Source of the DNA: an uncultured Acidobacteriota bacterium
GTDB lineage: Bacteria; Acidobacteriota; Vicinamibacteria; Vicinamibacterales; 2-12-FULL-66-21
DNA: 64,000 bases
NCBI GenBank assembly: GCA_963755695.1
Contig: CAVWLB010000010.1
Location: 1,002,952-1,066,951, forward strand
Direction: 5' to 3'
In this document: positions 18,867-29,544 of the stretch, piece by piece
Layout: every line of letters starts with the position of its first letter
How positions within the stretch are numbered: position 1 is the first letter of the stretch
Program-made: the position numbers and the translations under genes
The notes under the pieces: generated by a model
Told to the model about the DNA's origin: nothing
The model's input: only the letters and a program-made list of their open reading frames with translations
Database searches by the model: none

Positions 18867-20210
18867 CGCGCGTCCTCGCGGGCGGCAACGTTGCGGCAGT
18901 CCCGGCCGTGGCCAGGCCCTTGCGGTGATCGGCGGGTTTTGCAAGCAATCAGACTGGCGACCTGCTCCTGCAATTCCCGTTGGAAACGGGGACGCGAAAA
19001 TGACTCGGCATGCCGACGGATCGCGCCAGGGTCGAAATCGCGCGACGTGACGGCGCGGAGGGCGTCGGCGAAGCCGTCCGCCGACGGGTCGTTCACGAGC
19101 ACACCTGTTGTTCCATCAATCACGCTCTCGAGCGCTCCACCTTCCGCGTATGCCACCACCGGACGGCCGCACGCCTGCGCCTCGACCGGCACCATCCCGA
19201 AATCTTCGACGCCCGGCATCAGAACGGCCAGGCAGTCCTGATAGAGCACCCGGATCGCATCATCGGTCAACCACCCGAGGAACTGCACGCGGCTGCCGCC
19301 TTGCGCGCGCAACCGGCCCTCCTCCGGGCCACGGCCCACGACCTTCAGCGGGATCCCCACAGCCTCGCAGGCGCGGATCGCGACCTCGAGCCGCTTGTAG
19401 GGCACCAGGGCCGAGACGACCAGAAAGAACGGTTCGGGGCGCCGAGCGGGATCCGGCTGGTAAAACTCTGTATCGACAGGGGGATACACGACGGCCGCCT
19501 CGCGATTATAGTATCGGCCGATCCTCCCCGCAACATATTGAGAGTTCGCCACAAAGCGGTCCACCCGCGAGGCGGTGGCGGCGTCCCACCGGGCAAGCCT
19601 GGCGAGCACCGGTCGCAGCAGGCGGGATCGGGTGGGGCCGACCTGATCCTTTCCGAAGTACGCCGGGAACTGATCCCACGCATACCGCATTGGCGAGTGG
19701 CAATAGCAGAGGTGGCGTGCCCGACCGGGTACTACCACCGATTTCGCGGCACAGTGACTGGTGCTGATGACCAGGTCGTACGCGTCGAAACCGAACTGCT
19801 CGATCGCAGTGGGGAACAGTGGCAAGTAGCTCCGATAATGGACGCGCCGACCCGGGCAGCCACTGAACGAACGAACAGATGATCCGGCGTCGTTCCAGCG
19901 CGGGAGAGACCGACCCCTTCACGTGCAGGAGCGTATAGATCGGCGCCTCGGGATAGAGCTCGGCAATCGCTTCAAGGACTTTTTCGCCGCCGCGCATGCC
20001 GGTCAACCAGTCGTGGACGAGCGCGACCCGAAGACTGAGGCTCGAGGTCTGACGCCGGTCCGAGGCCCGAGGCCCGAGGTCCGCGGTTCGGGGTACGAGA
20101 TCCGACGTTCGAGATTCGAGGCCCGCAGTCTGTCGTCCGAGGCTGGTGGAATGCGCGGTATTTTCCGGACCTCGGACCTCGGCCCTCGGTACTCGGCTGA
20201 GAATGCTCAC
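18863..20210 (-). CDS. GT4 glycosyltransferase, frame broken once (about 19851-19856)
   Basis: The N-terminal block VALVHDWLTGMRGGEKVLE...RRRIICSFVQWLPG is in the frame of ORF 19506..20264. The continuation VHYRSYLPLFPTAIEQF...SHCAAKSV is in ORF 18863..19825. The frames join if one base of the CCCGGG run is removed. Candidate GTG start at 20210 in a GTGA overlap. Confidence 0.75.
20038..20196. repeat. heptamer mirror-repeat array between two GT genes
   Basis: (CCGAGGC)x3 at 20060-20080 and its complement (GACCTCG-type)x4 at 20168-20195, with further cgagg words in between. Confidence 0.85.
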
Positions 20211-21325
20211 CCCGTCATGACCTCGCTGTAGATCTGCCGGACGCGTGCGATCGAACGCTCCCATGAGAACTCGCGGGCGCGGGCGAGACCGCGGGTGCGG
20301 AGCGACAACCGCAGTTCCGGCTGCGTGAGCACCCGGTACATCGCTTCGGCAATCGCCTGCGGCTCGTATGGATCGATCATCAGCGCCGCATCGCCAACCA
20401 CCTCCGGCAGCGACGACACGTTCGAGGTGATGACCGGTGTCCCGCTGGCCATCGCTTCCAGGGGCGGCAGACCGAAACCTTCGTAAAGAGAGGGGAACAC
20501 GAACGCGTCGGCAAGACGGTAAAGCGCGGCGAGCGTCTGGTCGGGCACGAACCCGAAGAAGCGCACGTGCTTGTGCAGCTTGTGCCGGTGCACGGCGCGG
20601 CGCAGCGTGGCGTACTTCGAGATCTCGTCGCCGATGATGAGCATCTGCACGTCCTTGAGATCCGGCCGCTCATGACGGAGCAGGTGAAAGGAATCGATCA
20701 GCCGTTCGAGATTCTTGTGGGGTTTGATGTTGCCGGCGTAGAGAACGAAGGGAGCCGTCAGCTGGTACCGCTCGCGCACCCGTTCCATGTCCTCGGCGGC
20801 GGGCTCCTGCCAGTAACGATCGTCGATAGCGTTGTAGATGACGTCGATGCGCGACTCCGGCACGCGAAAGTAGCGAAGAATGTCGCGCTTTGATGCCTCC
20901 GACACGGTGATCACCCGTGCCGCGCGATGCGTGGCGGTCCAGAGCGCCGCGCGCGCGTAGGCGTATCCCAGACGGCTCGGCAGGTACTGAGGGAAGCGAA
21001 GGTGAATGCAGTCGTGAATCGTCACCACGGCGCGACACGGGGTCAACGGCGGCAATACGTAATGGGGCGCGTGAAAGAGGTCCGCCTGCTCGCGGCGCAG
21101 ATCGAGCGGCACCGAAAACTGTTCGCGCACGGAGTACCCGGCGGCCTTGTCCGGCACCGCGCGAAAGTTGGGCCCGAGCTGGCTGGCAATGCCGCAATCC
21201 GGTTCATTGCAGATCAACAAGTACTCGGTTGCGGGATCCTGTCTCGCCAGCTGCCGAAGCAGGTTCCGCACGTAGGTGCCAATCCCGTAATCGCGTAGTT
21301 TGCGCGCATCAATGGCGATTCGCAC
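20207..21325 (-). CDS. GT4 glycosyltransferase
   Basis: [10 protein letters not shown]-terminus and a C-terminal [25 protein letters not shown] (EX7E region). GTG start. Confidence 0.88.
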   Translation of the reverse strand: MRIAIDARKLRDYGIGTYVRNLLRQLARQDPATEYLLICNEPDCGIASQLGPNFRAVPDKAAGYSVREQFSVPLDLRREQADLFHAPHYVLPPLTPCRAVVTIHDCIHLRFPQYLPSRLGYAYARAALWTATHRAARVITVSEASKRDILRYFRVPESRIDVIYNAIDDRYWQEPAAEDMERVRERYQLTAPFVLYAGNIKPHKNLERLIDSFHLLRHERPDLKDVQMLIIGDEISKYATLRRAVHRHKLHKHVRFFGFVPDQTLAALYRLADAFVFPSLYEGFGLPPLEAMASGTPVITSNVSSLPEVVGDAALMIDPYEPQAIAEAMYRVLTQPELRLSLRTRGLARAREFSWERSIARVRQIYSEVMTG

Positions 21326-21374
21326 GGCTACCTATCATAGTCGGTGGTGGGTTAGCGGTCTGCGGCTCGCAGTT

Positions 21375-21402
21375 GATGGTTCGCGGTCTATCGCGAACCA
21401 TC
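21375..21402. other. perfect 11-bp stem / 6-nt loop hairpin between GT2 and GT4 genes
   Basis: GATGGTTCGCG-gtctat-CGCGAACCATC, flanked by gcagtt/ctgcag. Confidence 0.7.
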
Positions 21403-21415
21403 TGCAGCAAACCGT

Positions 21416-22234
21416 CTACTTCGTCCTCTTGCCTCGCACGCGCAAGTACAGCTTCAAGATCGGGGCCCACTTAGGGTGATGCTTCTCATAGAAAGCAATC
21501 TGGCTTCGCCGGTAGGCCAGATCGCTTGCCTTCGAGGCGCTAGCCCGCGAGCGGCCGCGCAGGTGAACGATCTCGGCTGACGGTGTGAACAGCACGCGAT
21601 AGCCGAGTGCTCGAACGGCGTGGCAGAAGTCGACGTCTTCGGTATAGAGGAAGAAGCGCTCATCGAGCAGCCCCGCTGATTCCGCGGCGCTGCGTCTGGC
21701 GAGCAGGCACGCACCGCTGACCCAGTCGACGAGTCGTTCGCGCCGTGTCTCGCGTTCCACGAAGTGGACGACGGGACCCACCTGCGCCTCATACAGCCTT
21801 CCAAGAATCTTCTGGCGCGCCTCGTTGAGCGGCGAAATCATCCGGCCGAACGACAGTTCCGCGCGCCCCTCGCCATTGACCAGCCGCGGTCCGACGATGC
21901 CCACGGTGGTGTCCTTCATCAGGCGATCGACGAGACGGTCGACCGCCCCCGCCGGCACGATCGTGTCGCTGTTCAAGAGCAACAGCAGCTCGCCAGAGGA
22001 ACTGCGAATGCCGACGTTGTTCGCGGCAGCGAAGCCCGCATTTCGCGGCATGTTGATCACTCGGACGGGAGGAAAGTTTCCGGCCGCATCGGCACTGCCG
22101 TCGGTCGAGGCATTGTCGACGACAACGATTTCATGAGGCGTCGCCGGGGGTGCTGCGGCGAGCGATTCGAGGCACCCGACCAGATCCCTTCGCGCGTTGA
22201 AGCTGACGATCACGATCGAAAGGCGCGGCGTCAT
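21416..22234 (-). CDS. GT2 glycosyltransferase
   Basis: LSIVIVSFNARRDL...VVVDNASTDGS, plus a LLLNSDT DXD-like motif. ATG 22234 forms an ATGA overlap with the upstream stop. Confidence 0.88.
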   Translation of the reverse strand: MTPRLSIVIVSFNARRDLVGCLESLAAAPPATPHEIVVVDNASTDGSADAAGNFPPVRVINMPRNAGFAAANNVGIRSSSGELLLLLNSDTIVPAGAVDRLVDRLMKDTTVGIVGPRLVNGEGRAELSFGRMISPLNEARQKILGRLYEAQVGPVVHFVERETRRERLVDWVSGACLLARRSAAESAGLLDERFFLYTEDVDFCHAVRALGYRVLFTPSAEIVHLRGRSRASASKASDLAYRRSQIAFYEKHHPKWAPILKLYLRVRGKRTK

Positions 22235-23340
22235 GGCCTCGCGATGGCGTGGATGGCGGCGAGCGTCTGTTCGGCAGCCCTCTCCCAGGAGTACCGGCTC
22301 AGTATCGCCGGCGCGTGCGAGAGCAGCCGATCGGCTTCGCGCCGATCGTTGAGCAGCACCTGGATGGCGCGGCCCGCGCCGCGAACCGTGTCGTCGCGGT
22401 CGACGTACCACGCCGCCTCGCCATACACCTCGCGCGCGACCGGCGTATCGAGCACCACGATTGGCACGCCCGCCGAGAGCGCTTCCAGCGGGGTGAGCCC
22501 GAAGCCTTCGTACTCCGAGAGAAAGACGAAGACCGACGCGCGCGCATACAGGCTATTGAGGGCCGCCTCGGTCACGTAGCTGAGGAGTTCGACGCGCGAG
22601 CTGATGCCGGCCGAGCGTGTCAGCGCGTCGAAATTGATCGGCGGATAGCTTCGGTCGGCTCCTGCGATGATGAAGCGCGCATCAGGGCGCCCCGCGGTGG
22701 CTTCCGAAAATGCCGTCAACGCGGCGGGGAGCCGCCGGCGATTGAAGATCGATCCGACAAAGAGCACGAGCGGTTCACGAACCGGCGGCGTGGATGATTC
22801 GCGCGGGGTGATCCCCGGACGGATGACTCGCAGGCGTTCGGGGGCTGCGCCGAGCCGCTCCACGATCTCGTGACACGAGAATTCGGAGTCCGTGAAGATC
22901 ACCGATGCGGCGCGGGCGGCCTGGCGCGTGAGCAGCCGCCGCCGCGCGCCTTCTCGCGGCGTGAACCACTCGGGATGTGCCGCAAATGACACATCGTGGA
23001 TCGTGACCGCCAGGGGCAGGCCGAGCGCGAGCGGCGCAGTATAGGCACCCGCGAAGAACACATCCGGCGCATCGCGGAGGACCGCGCGGCGCAGGTGCGT
23101 TTGCTCCCACCACGTACCACGGCCACTGCCGGCGACAACTTCGTGCAGCCGCACTCCCGAGGGCACCGTCTTCACGAACCCAAGAGGCTCAGGCGTGTAG
23201 AGCATCAACGTGCGTTGCTCCGCGTCGTGCCGCTGCACCCAGCGACGCAGCAGCTCGCCCAGATACCGGCCGACGCCCGTCGTATCCCCGAGCAGTTCGC
23301 GCGCGTCGATGCCGATCCGGAGTGAGCCGTCAGTGCTCAT
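22231..23340 (-). CDS. GT4 glycosyltransferase
   Basis: LRIGIDARELL N-terminus and FVFLSEYEGFGLTPLEALSAGVPIVV. ATGA overlap at 23337-23340. Confidence 0.88.
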   Translation of the reverse strand: MSTDGSLRIGIDARELLGDTTGVGRYLGELLRRWVQRHDAEQRTLMLYTPEPLGFVKTVPSGVRLHEVVAGSGRGTWWEQTHLRRAVLRDAPDVFFAGAYTAPLALGLPLAVTIHDVSFAAHPEWFTPREGARRRLLTRQAARAASVIFTDSEFSCHEIVERLGAAPERLRVIRPGITPRESSTPPVREPLVLFVGSIFNRRRLPAALTAFSEATAGRPDARFIIAGADRSYPPINFDALTRSAGISSRVELLSYVTEAALNSLYARASVFVFLSEYEGFGLTPLEALSAGVPIVVLDTPVAREVYGEAAWYVDRDDTVRGAGRAIQVLLNDRREADRLLSHAPAILSRYSWERAAEQTLAAIHAIARP

Positions 23341-24470
23341 GCGGCGTCGCCCCGGCGCTCTCGAATCGCGCTTCGGTACACCTCCAGAAGTATTCGCGCG
23401 CTCGCGTCCCATGAATACGCCTGGGCCCGCCGTCGTCCGCGCTCGATGGCCGCCTCCGCCAGCGCCGGATCGCCGAGGTACTTGCTGATGGCAGCGGCGA
23501 GCCCGTCGACGTCATCCGGCTCAATCGCAACGGCGGCGTCGCCGCCCACCTCCGGCAGCGCGCCGCGACGGCTGACGATGACCGGAACGCCAATGGTCAT
23601 GGCCTCGAGCACGGGCAGGCCGAAACCCTCCAGATACGATGGCAACACCAGCATCGACGCGCTGGCATACAGGTCGCGACGCTTGTCCGGCTCAAGGTAG
23701 CCCAGATGCTCCACCCGTCCCTGCAGCGGCGGCTGCGAGATCTCGTGCAGCCACCCCTGGGCTGCCGGTGTCGCCGTTCCCGCGAGCACGAGCCGTGGTG
23801 CGGACGGCATCGCGTCGATCACTCGCGCGTAGGCGCGCAGCAGCAGTCCGACGTTCTTTCGAGGCTCGAGGGTCCCCATGAAAAGGATGGGGCCGTCAGG
23901 ACGCGGTTCAGAGCGCGGCGCCCATCCCGGCGCACCAGGACTGACGATGGTGATCCGATCGCGCGCGACATCGAGTCGCCGGACGATCTCGCCGGCGGTG
24001 AAGGCCGAAACCGTCACCACGCGGTCCGCGCGTTGGGCGTGGCTGCGGGCCAGCGCGGGGTAGTCGCGGCGGATCTCCGCCTTCGTTCGTTCGGGGTGAT
24101 CGAGGAAATCGAGGTCGTGGATGGTGATCACGCGGGCCGCACGACGGCTGGGTATCATCAGCGGATGCATCGCATGCACGACATCGGCCGGTCCGGACAG
24201 CGACTCAATTGCCGGCCACTCCAGCCGATGCCAGGCGTAGTTCAGTACCCGCACCGGCACCCGCGCGTCGACGACCTGTGCCCCCGGAACGACGGACGGG
24301 GGCATTCGATCCTTCCAGGAGCTCGAGAATAACGTCAGCGTATCGGATGCAGCGAGCTGGCGTTCGAGAGCCGCCGCCAGCTCGTGGACATATTCACCGA
24401 CCCCCGAGCGCTGCCGAAGCGCCGGCCGATAGTCCAGCAGAATGCGCAATCGCCGGCCATCGTAACACAA
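23337..24470 (-). CDS. GT4 glycosyltransferase
   Basis: LRILLDYRPAL N-terminus and LVLPSYLEGFGLPVLEAMTIGVPVIV. Confidence 0.88.
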   Translation of the reverse strand: MCYDGRRLRILLDYRPALRQRSGVGEYVHELAAALERQLAASDTLTLFSSSWKDRMPPSVVPGAQVVDARVPVRVLNYAWHRLEWPAIESLSGPADVVHAMHPLMIPSRRAARVITIHDLDFLDHPERTKAEIRRDYPALARSHAQRADRVVTVSAFTAGEIVRRLDVARDRITIVSPGAPGWAPRSEPRPDGPILFMGTLEPRKNVGLLLRAYARVIDAMPSAPRLVLAGTATPAAQGWLHEISQPPLQGRVEHLGYLEPDKRRDLYASASMLVLPSYLEGFGLPVLEAMTIGVPVIVSRRGALPEVGGDAAVAIEPDDVDGLAAAISKYLGDPALAEAAIERGRRRAQAYSWDASARILLEVYRSAIRERRGDAA

Positions 24471-24505
24471 CCTATTGGGGCCGTAAGGCCTTATACCTCA
24501 ATTAA

Positions 24506-24535
24506 TTGACACGATTTTTCTGAACGTGCTAGATT
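24506..24535 (+). promoter_or_regulatory. candidate sigma70-type promoter for ugd-galE-ABC
   Basis: TTGACA (24506-24511), an 18-nt spacer, then TAGATT (24530-24535). It sits in the 100-bp divergent gap, 36 nt upstream of the ugd ATG. Confidence 0.4.
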
Positions 24536-24570
24536 TAGGGGTTCGGCTCAGCCGGTTCGGAGTACCCCGG

Positions 24571-25869
24571 ATGAAAATCGCAGTGATTGGCAGCGGCTAT
24601 GTAGGGCTCGTCGCGGGCGCCTGTCTGGCCGAAAACGGCAACGACGTAGTGTGTGTCGACAAGGACGCAGCCAAGGTGCGGTTGCTGCAGCGTGGGCGCA
24701 TCCCAATCTACGAGCCGGGCCTCGAGGAGCTGGTCCGCCGGAACCGATCGGAGAAGCGGCTGACCTTTACCACGAACCTGGCGCGCGGCGTACGCAGCTC
24801 ACAGATCATCTTCATCGCCGTCGGCACTCCGACGGGTGAGGATGGCTCGGCCGACCTTCGACACGTGCTCGATGTAGCGCGCGAGATCGGACGCGCGATG
24901 AACGGCTATCGCGTGGTGGTCGACAAGAGTACGGTGCCTGTCGGCACCGCGGAGAAAGTCCGCGACACCATCCGTAAAGAGACGTCGCATCCGTTCAGCG
25001 TCGTCAGCAACCCCGAATTTTTGAAACAGGGCGCTGCCATTGACGACTTCATGAAGCCTGATCGTGTGGTCATCGGCGCGGAAGACTCGCGCGCGGCGGA
25101 GATCATGAAGGAGCTCTACGCGCCGTTCACACGCACCGGCGCGCCGATCCTGCTGATGGATTGCGCCAGCGCCGAGCTCTGCAAGTACGCGGCAAACGCC
25201 ATGCTCGCCACGCGCATCTCCTTCATGAACGAGGTGGCGAACGTGTGCGAGGTGGTGGGCGCCGATGTGGATCAGGTGCGTCGCGCGGTCGCATCCGATC
25301 GCCGGATCGGCCCGTCGTTCCTGTTTCCCGGCGTCGGCTACGGCGGCAGCTGCTTTCCGAAGGACGTCAAGGCGATGCTGAAGTTCGCCTCGGCGAAGAG
25401 CTACGACTTCCAGATTCTCAAGGCGGTCGAGTCGGTCAACGATCGCCAGAAGGTGCGGCTCCTCGCGAAAATTCAGAAGCATTTCGGATCGCTGCAAGGG
25501 AAGCGGATCGCGGTCTGGGGCCTCTCGTTCAAGCCCAAGACCGACGACATGCGTGAAGCGCCAGCCGTACCGTTCATCCAGGGGTTGATCGATGCGGGTG
25601 CGACGGTACAGGCCTACGACCCTGAAGCGATGAAGGTCGCGCGCACCATCTTCGCTGCGAAGGTGCAGTTGGCCGACAAGAGCTACGATGCGCTGAAAGG
25701 GGCCGACGCGCTGACGATCGTCACCGAGTGGAACGAGTTCCGTGAGCCGGACTTCACGCGCATCCGCAAGACGATGCGGACGCCGGTGATTTTCGACGGG
25801 CGCAACATCTACAATCCTGAGCAGATTCGCAGCCTCGGCTTTACCTACTACTCGATCGGCCGTCGATGA
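24571..25869 (+). CDS. ugd: UDP-glucose 6-dehydrogenase
   Basis: [14 protein letters not shown], catalytic region [10 protein letters not shown], and [15 protein letters not shown]. Confidence 0.92.
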   Translation: MKIAVIGSGYVGLVAGACLAENGNDVVCVDKDAAKVRLLQRGRIPIYEPGLEELVRRNRSEKRLTFTTNLARGVRSSQIIFIAVGTPTGEDGSADLRHVLDVAREIGRAMNGYRVVVDKSTVPVGTAEKVRDTIRKETSHPFSVVSNPEFLKQGAAIDDFMKPDRVVIGAEDSRAAEIMKELYAPFTRTGAPILLMDCASAELCKYAANAMLATRISFMNEVANVCEVVGADVDQVRRAVASDRRIGPSFLFPGVGYGGSCFPKDVKAMLKFASAKSYDFQILKAVESVNDRQKVRLLAKIQKHFGSLQGKRIAVWGLSFKPKTDDMREAPAVPFIQGLIDAGATVQAYDPEAMKVARTIFAAKVQLADKSYDALKGADALTIVTEWNEFREPDFTRIRKTMRTPVIFDGRNIYNPEQIRSLGFTYYSIGRR

Positions 25870-26861
25870 GCACGGTGATCGTAACCGGCGGCGCGGGCTA
25901 CATCGGGAGCCATACTGTCAAGGCGCTCCGCGCGTCCGGAGCCAGTGTCGTGATCTACGACAATCTCAGCGCGGGCCACCGCGAAGCTGCCGTCCGCGCA
26001 GGGGCGGCTCTCGAAGTCGGAGACATTCACGATGTCGAGCGGCTTTCCACGGTGTTACGGACGCACCAGGCCGATGCCGTCATGCATTTTGCCGCGTGGC
26101 TCTCGGTGGGCGACTCGGTACGCGATCCGATTGCGTATTACCAGAACAACGTGACCGGCGCGCTGGCGGTGCTGCAGGCGATGGTCGCGACCGGCGCACG
26201 CCACTTCATCTTTTCATCGACGGCCGCGACGTTTGGAACTCCCGTCGAGACGCCGATCACCGAAGCGCATCCGCAGCGTCCGATCAACGCCTACGGCGAA
26301 ACCAAGCTTGCGATCGAGCGGGCGCTGCCGCATTTCGAGCGGGCCTACGGCATCAAATGGACGGCGCTTCGCTACTTCAACGCGGCCGGCGCGGATCCCG
26401 ACGGGGCACTCGGCGAAGACCATCACCCGGAAATTCACGTGATCCCGCGCGCGATTGACGCCGCCCTCGCCAGGGACTCCTTTGCCATCTTCGGCGACGA
26501 CTACGAGACGCCCGATGGCACCTGCCTGCGCGACTACATTCACGTGATGGACCTGGCCTCGGCACATATTGCGGCGCTCGACGCTCTCCGCGGGGGCGGT
26601 ACCTCCACGTCGTTCAATCTGGGGAACGGCCAACCCACATCGGTGCGAGACGTCGTGAACGCCGTCGAGCGGGTGACCGGGCGTCCGGTGCCGGTGACCA
26701 TCGGTCCACGGCGTCCGGGCGATCCCGGCGTGCTGTATGCCTCGAGCGAAAAGATCAAACGCGAGCTGGGCTGGCGGCCGCGGTTCGAGGAGATCGAGGT
26801 CATCGTCGAAACGGCCTACCGGTGGCGGAAGTCGCATCCGGACGGTTATCCGGAGGATTAG
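25866..26861 (+). CDS. galE: UDP-glucose 4-epimerase
   Basis: [22 protein letters not shown] (YxxxK) and [12 protein letters not shown]. Confidence 0.9.
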   Translation: MSTVIVTGGAGYIGSHTVKALRASGASVVIYDNLSAGHREAAVRAGAALEVGDIHDVERLSTVLRTHQADAVMHFAAWLSVGDSVRDPIAYYQNNVTGALAVLQAMVATGARHFIFSSTAATFGTPVETPITEAHPQRPINAYGETKLAIERALPHFERAYGIKWTALRYFNAAGADPDGALGEDHHPEIHVIPRAIDAALARDSFAIFGDDYETPDGTCLRDYIHVMDLASAHIAALDALRGGGTSTSFNLGNGQPTSVRDVVNAVERVTGRPVPVTIGPRRPGDPGVLYASSEKIKRELGWRPRFEEIEVIVETAYRWRKSHPDGYPED

Positions 26862-26875
26862 AATCGTCGTATCGA

Positions 26876-28664
26876 GTGAGCGAGCAACAGCACCCACTCT
26901 CACGCCTCTTTCGCTACTCGCGGCCATACCGCGGCCGGTTCGTGGCGGCCCTCGTCGCGATGCTGGCGTATGCGGGAGCCTCGGCTTACGTCGCCTACCT
27001 CATTAAGCCGATCATCAACAAGGTTCTTCCCGACGCGGACGGGATGGGGTTCTCGTTCTGGGCGGGCGCGATCGTCGCGGCCTATCTGGTCAAAGGATTG
27101 GGATCGTGACTTTTCGACCTACCTGATGACCGACATCGGCCAGCGGGTCGTCCGCGATCTTCGCAGCCAGCTCTTTCGCCACATCCTCAATCAGTCAGCG
27201 GCCTTCTTCAGCCGCCGGACCACCGGGGCGCTGATGTCGCGGATCACGAACGACGTCAACCAAGTGCAGCAGGCGGTCTCGGAGACGGCCGGCGATCTGC
27301 TGCGCGAAGGCTTGTCGGTCATCGGATATGCGTTCCTGATGTTCTACTTCGACTGGCGGCTCGCGCTGGTGGCGTTCACCGGTGCGCCGCTGGTCGTCTA
27401 TCCGCTGGTACGGCTCGGACAGCGCGTGCGACGGTCGACGCGACGCAGCCAGGAACAACTCGAGCATCTCTCGCATCTGACCGCCGAGGCCTTCACCGGT
27501 CATCGCATCGTCAAGGCATTCAGCGCGGAACAGCAGGAGGCCGACCGGTTCTCGACCGCGTCACACCGCCTGTACCGCACCAACCTCAAGGTCACGAGCA
27601 CGGTCTCGCTGCTGCCGCCGATCATGGAGTTTCTCGGTGGCATCGCCATCGTCGGCCTGCTGGCGTATGGCCGGCACAAGATCAGCGCGGGCGCGCTCAC
27701 GTCCGGCGATTTCCTGGCATTCATCTTCGCGGCGTTCATGCTGTACACGCCGATCAAGCGTTTGAGCCGGGTCAACGCGAACCTGCAACAGGCAAACGCC
27801 GCCGCGCAGCGGATCTTCGAAATGCTCGACACCCACTCGGAAGTGGTCGAGCGGCCCCACGCCCAGCCGCTTGCGAAGGTCGCGCGCAGTATCGAGTTCC
27901 GCGACGTCAGCTTTGCTTACGACGATGGCGCGGGAAAGGTGGTGCTGAGGAACGTATCCTTCAGCGCGGCCGCCGGGCAGGTAATCGCGATCGTCGGTCT
28001 GAGCGGCGCAGGAAAGACCACGCTGGTGAATTTGCTGCCCCGGTTCTATGACGTGACCGGCGGCGCAATTCTGATCGACGGCGTTGATATCCGCGACGTC
28101 ACCTTGAGCTCGCTCCGCGATCAGATTGGCATCGTCACACAGGATACGGTGCTGTTTGACGACACGATCGCCCGCAACATTGCCTACGGTGCGCCGCGGG
28201 CGACGGGTGAAGCGATCGAAGAGGCCTCGCGCGCGGCCCACGCCCACGAGTTCATTCAGACCTTGCCCGACAAGTATGACACCCGGATCGGCGAACGCGG
28301 GCAGCGGCTGTCGGGCGGCCAGCGGCAGCGCCTCGCGATCGCGCGGGCGCTGTTGAAGAACTCACCGATCCTGATTCTGGACGAAGCCACCTCGTCACTT
28401 GATGCCGAGTCGGAGCTGCTGGTTCAGGATGCGCTCGCGAACCTGATGCGCAACCGGACGGCATTCGTCATCGCGCACCGGCTCTCGACGGTCCGACGTG
28501 CGGACGCGATCGTCGCTCTCGAGCGTGGAAGAGTCGCAGAGAAGGGCCGCCACGACGAGCTCCTCGCGCGGCCCGGAGGCGTCTATGCGAAGCTGTATGC
28601 GCTGCAATTGTTCGATCAACGGCGGGAACCGGCTCAGGCCGTGAGCACGGGGCGCGATGATTAA
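26876..28664 (+). CDS. MsbA-like ABC exporter (TMD-NBD fusion), frame broken once near 27107
   Basis: N-terminus LFRYSRPYRGRF...AAYLVKGLGS stops at TGA 27107-27109. The next frame continues FSTYLMTDIGQRVVRDLR. Walker A GLSGAGKTT, signature LSGGQRQR and Walker B ILILDEATS are present. Confidence 0.8.
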
Positions 28665-29544
28665 GTCGATGACCGGCTTCGCCTCCCTGACCCGCGACGA
28701 GGAATCGGCGACGCTCAGTGTGACCATCCGCGCGGTCAACCATCGATTTCTCGACGTGCAGCTGCGCACACCCTCGTCGCTCGCACCGATCGAGCCGCGG
28801 CTGCGGGCGATCGTGCAGCAGCGGGTGGCGCGCGGACGGGTGGAAGTCTCGCTCTCGGTTCAATCGCGAAAGCCCCCCGCCGTCGACGTCGAAGTGAACG
28901 AGGCCGTGATCGAAGGTCTGTCAGCGGCGCTCGAGCGCGCACGCCAACGTGGGCTCGTCAACGGCGCGCTGGCGCCCGGCGACGTGCTCAGATTCCCGCA
29001 GGCCGTGACCGTCCGCGAGCGCCAGGAGGTACCGGACAGCGATGGAGCGTTGGCCGCTGCCGTCGAAGCGGCGTTGAGCGATGCTGTCGATCAGCTCGAC
29101 GGCATGCGTGTCAGTGAAGGACACCATCTGCGTGCCGAGCTCGACGCCAGACGAACCCAGCTTGGGGATCTCTTCGAGCGCGCAGCCGCGGCCGCCGAGG
29201 CAGGGTCCACGGCGCTTCGTGCGCGGCTCGCGGAGAGAGTTCGCGAGCTTCAGACCGACGCCAGCGTCGAGGAAGCGAGCATCGCTCAGGAAATCGTCCG
29301 CTTCGCGAATCGATCCGATATCACGGAGGAGACCGTCAGGTTTCGCGCTCACATCGAGCACTGGCGGGCGCTGTCCGACGGGTCGGAGCCCTGCGGCCGA
29401 AAGCTCGACTTCCTGCTGCAGGAGATGAACCGCGAAGTAAATACCCTCGGATCGAAGGCTGAAGGGCCGGGCGTGCCGGAGCTGGTCGTGTCTCTGAAAG
29501 CGGAGCTCGAGAAGATGCGCGAGCAGGTTCAGAATGTCGAATGA
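28657..29544 (+). CDS. yicC: YicC-family stress-induced protein
   Basis: MIKSMTGFA...AVNHRFLDV N-terminus and C-terminal DITEETVRFRAH...DFLLQEMNREVNTLGSK. Confidence 0.88.
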   Translation: MIKSMTGFASLTRDEESATLSVTIRAVNHRFLDVQLRTPSSLAPIEPRLRAIVQQRVARGRVEVSLSVQSRKPPAVDVEVNEAVIEGLSAALERARQRGLVNGALAPGDVLRFPQAVTVRERQEVPDSDGALAAAVEAALSDAVDQLDGMRVSEGHHLRAELDARRTQLGDLFERAAAAAEAGSTALRARLAERVRELQTDASVEEASIAQEIVRFANRSDITEETVRFRAHIEHWRALSDGSEPCGRKLDFLLQEMNREVNTLGSKAEGPGVPELVVSLKAELEKMREQVQNVE

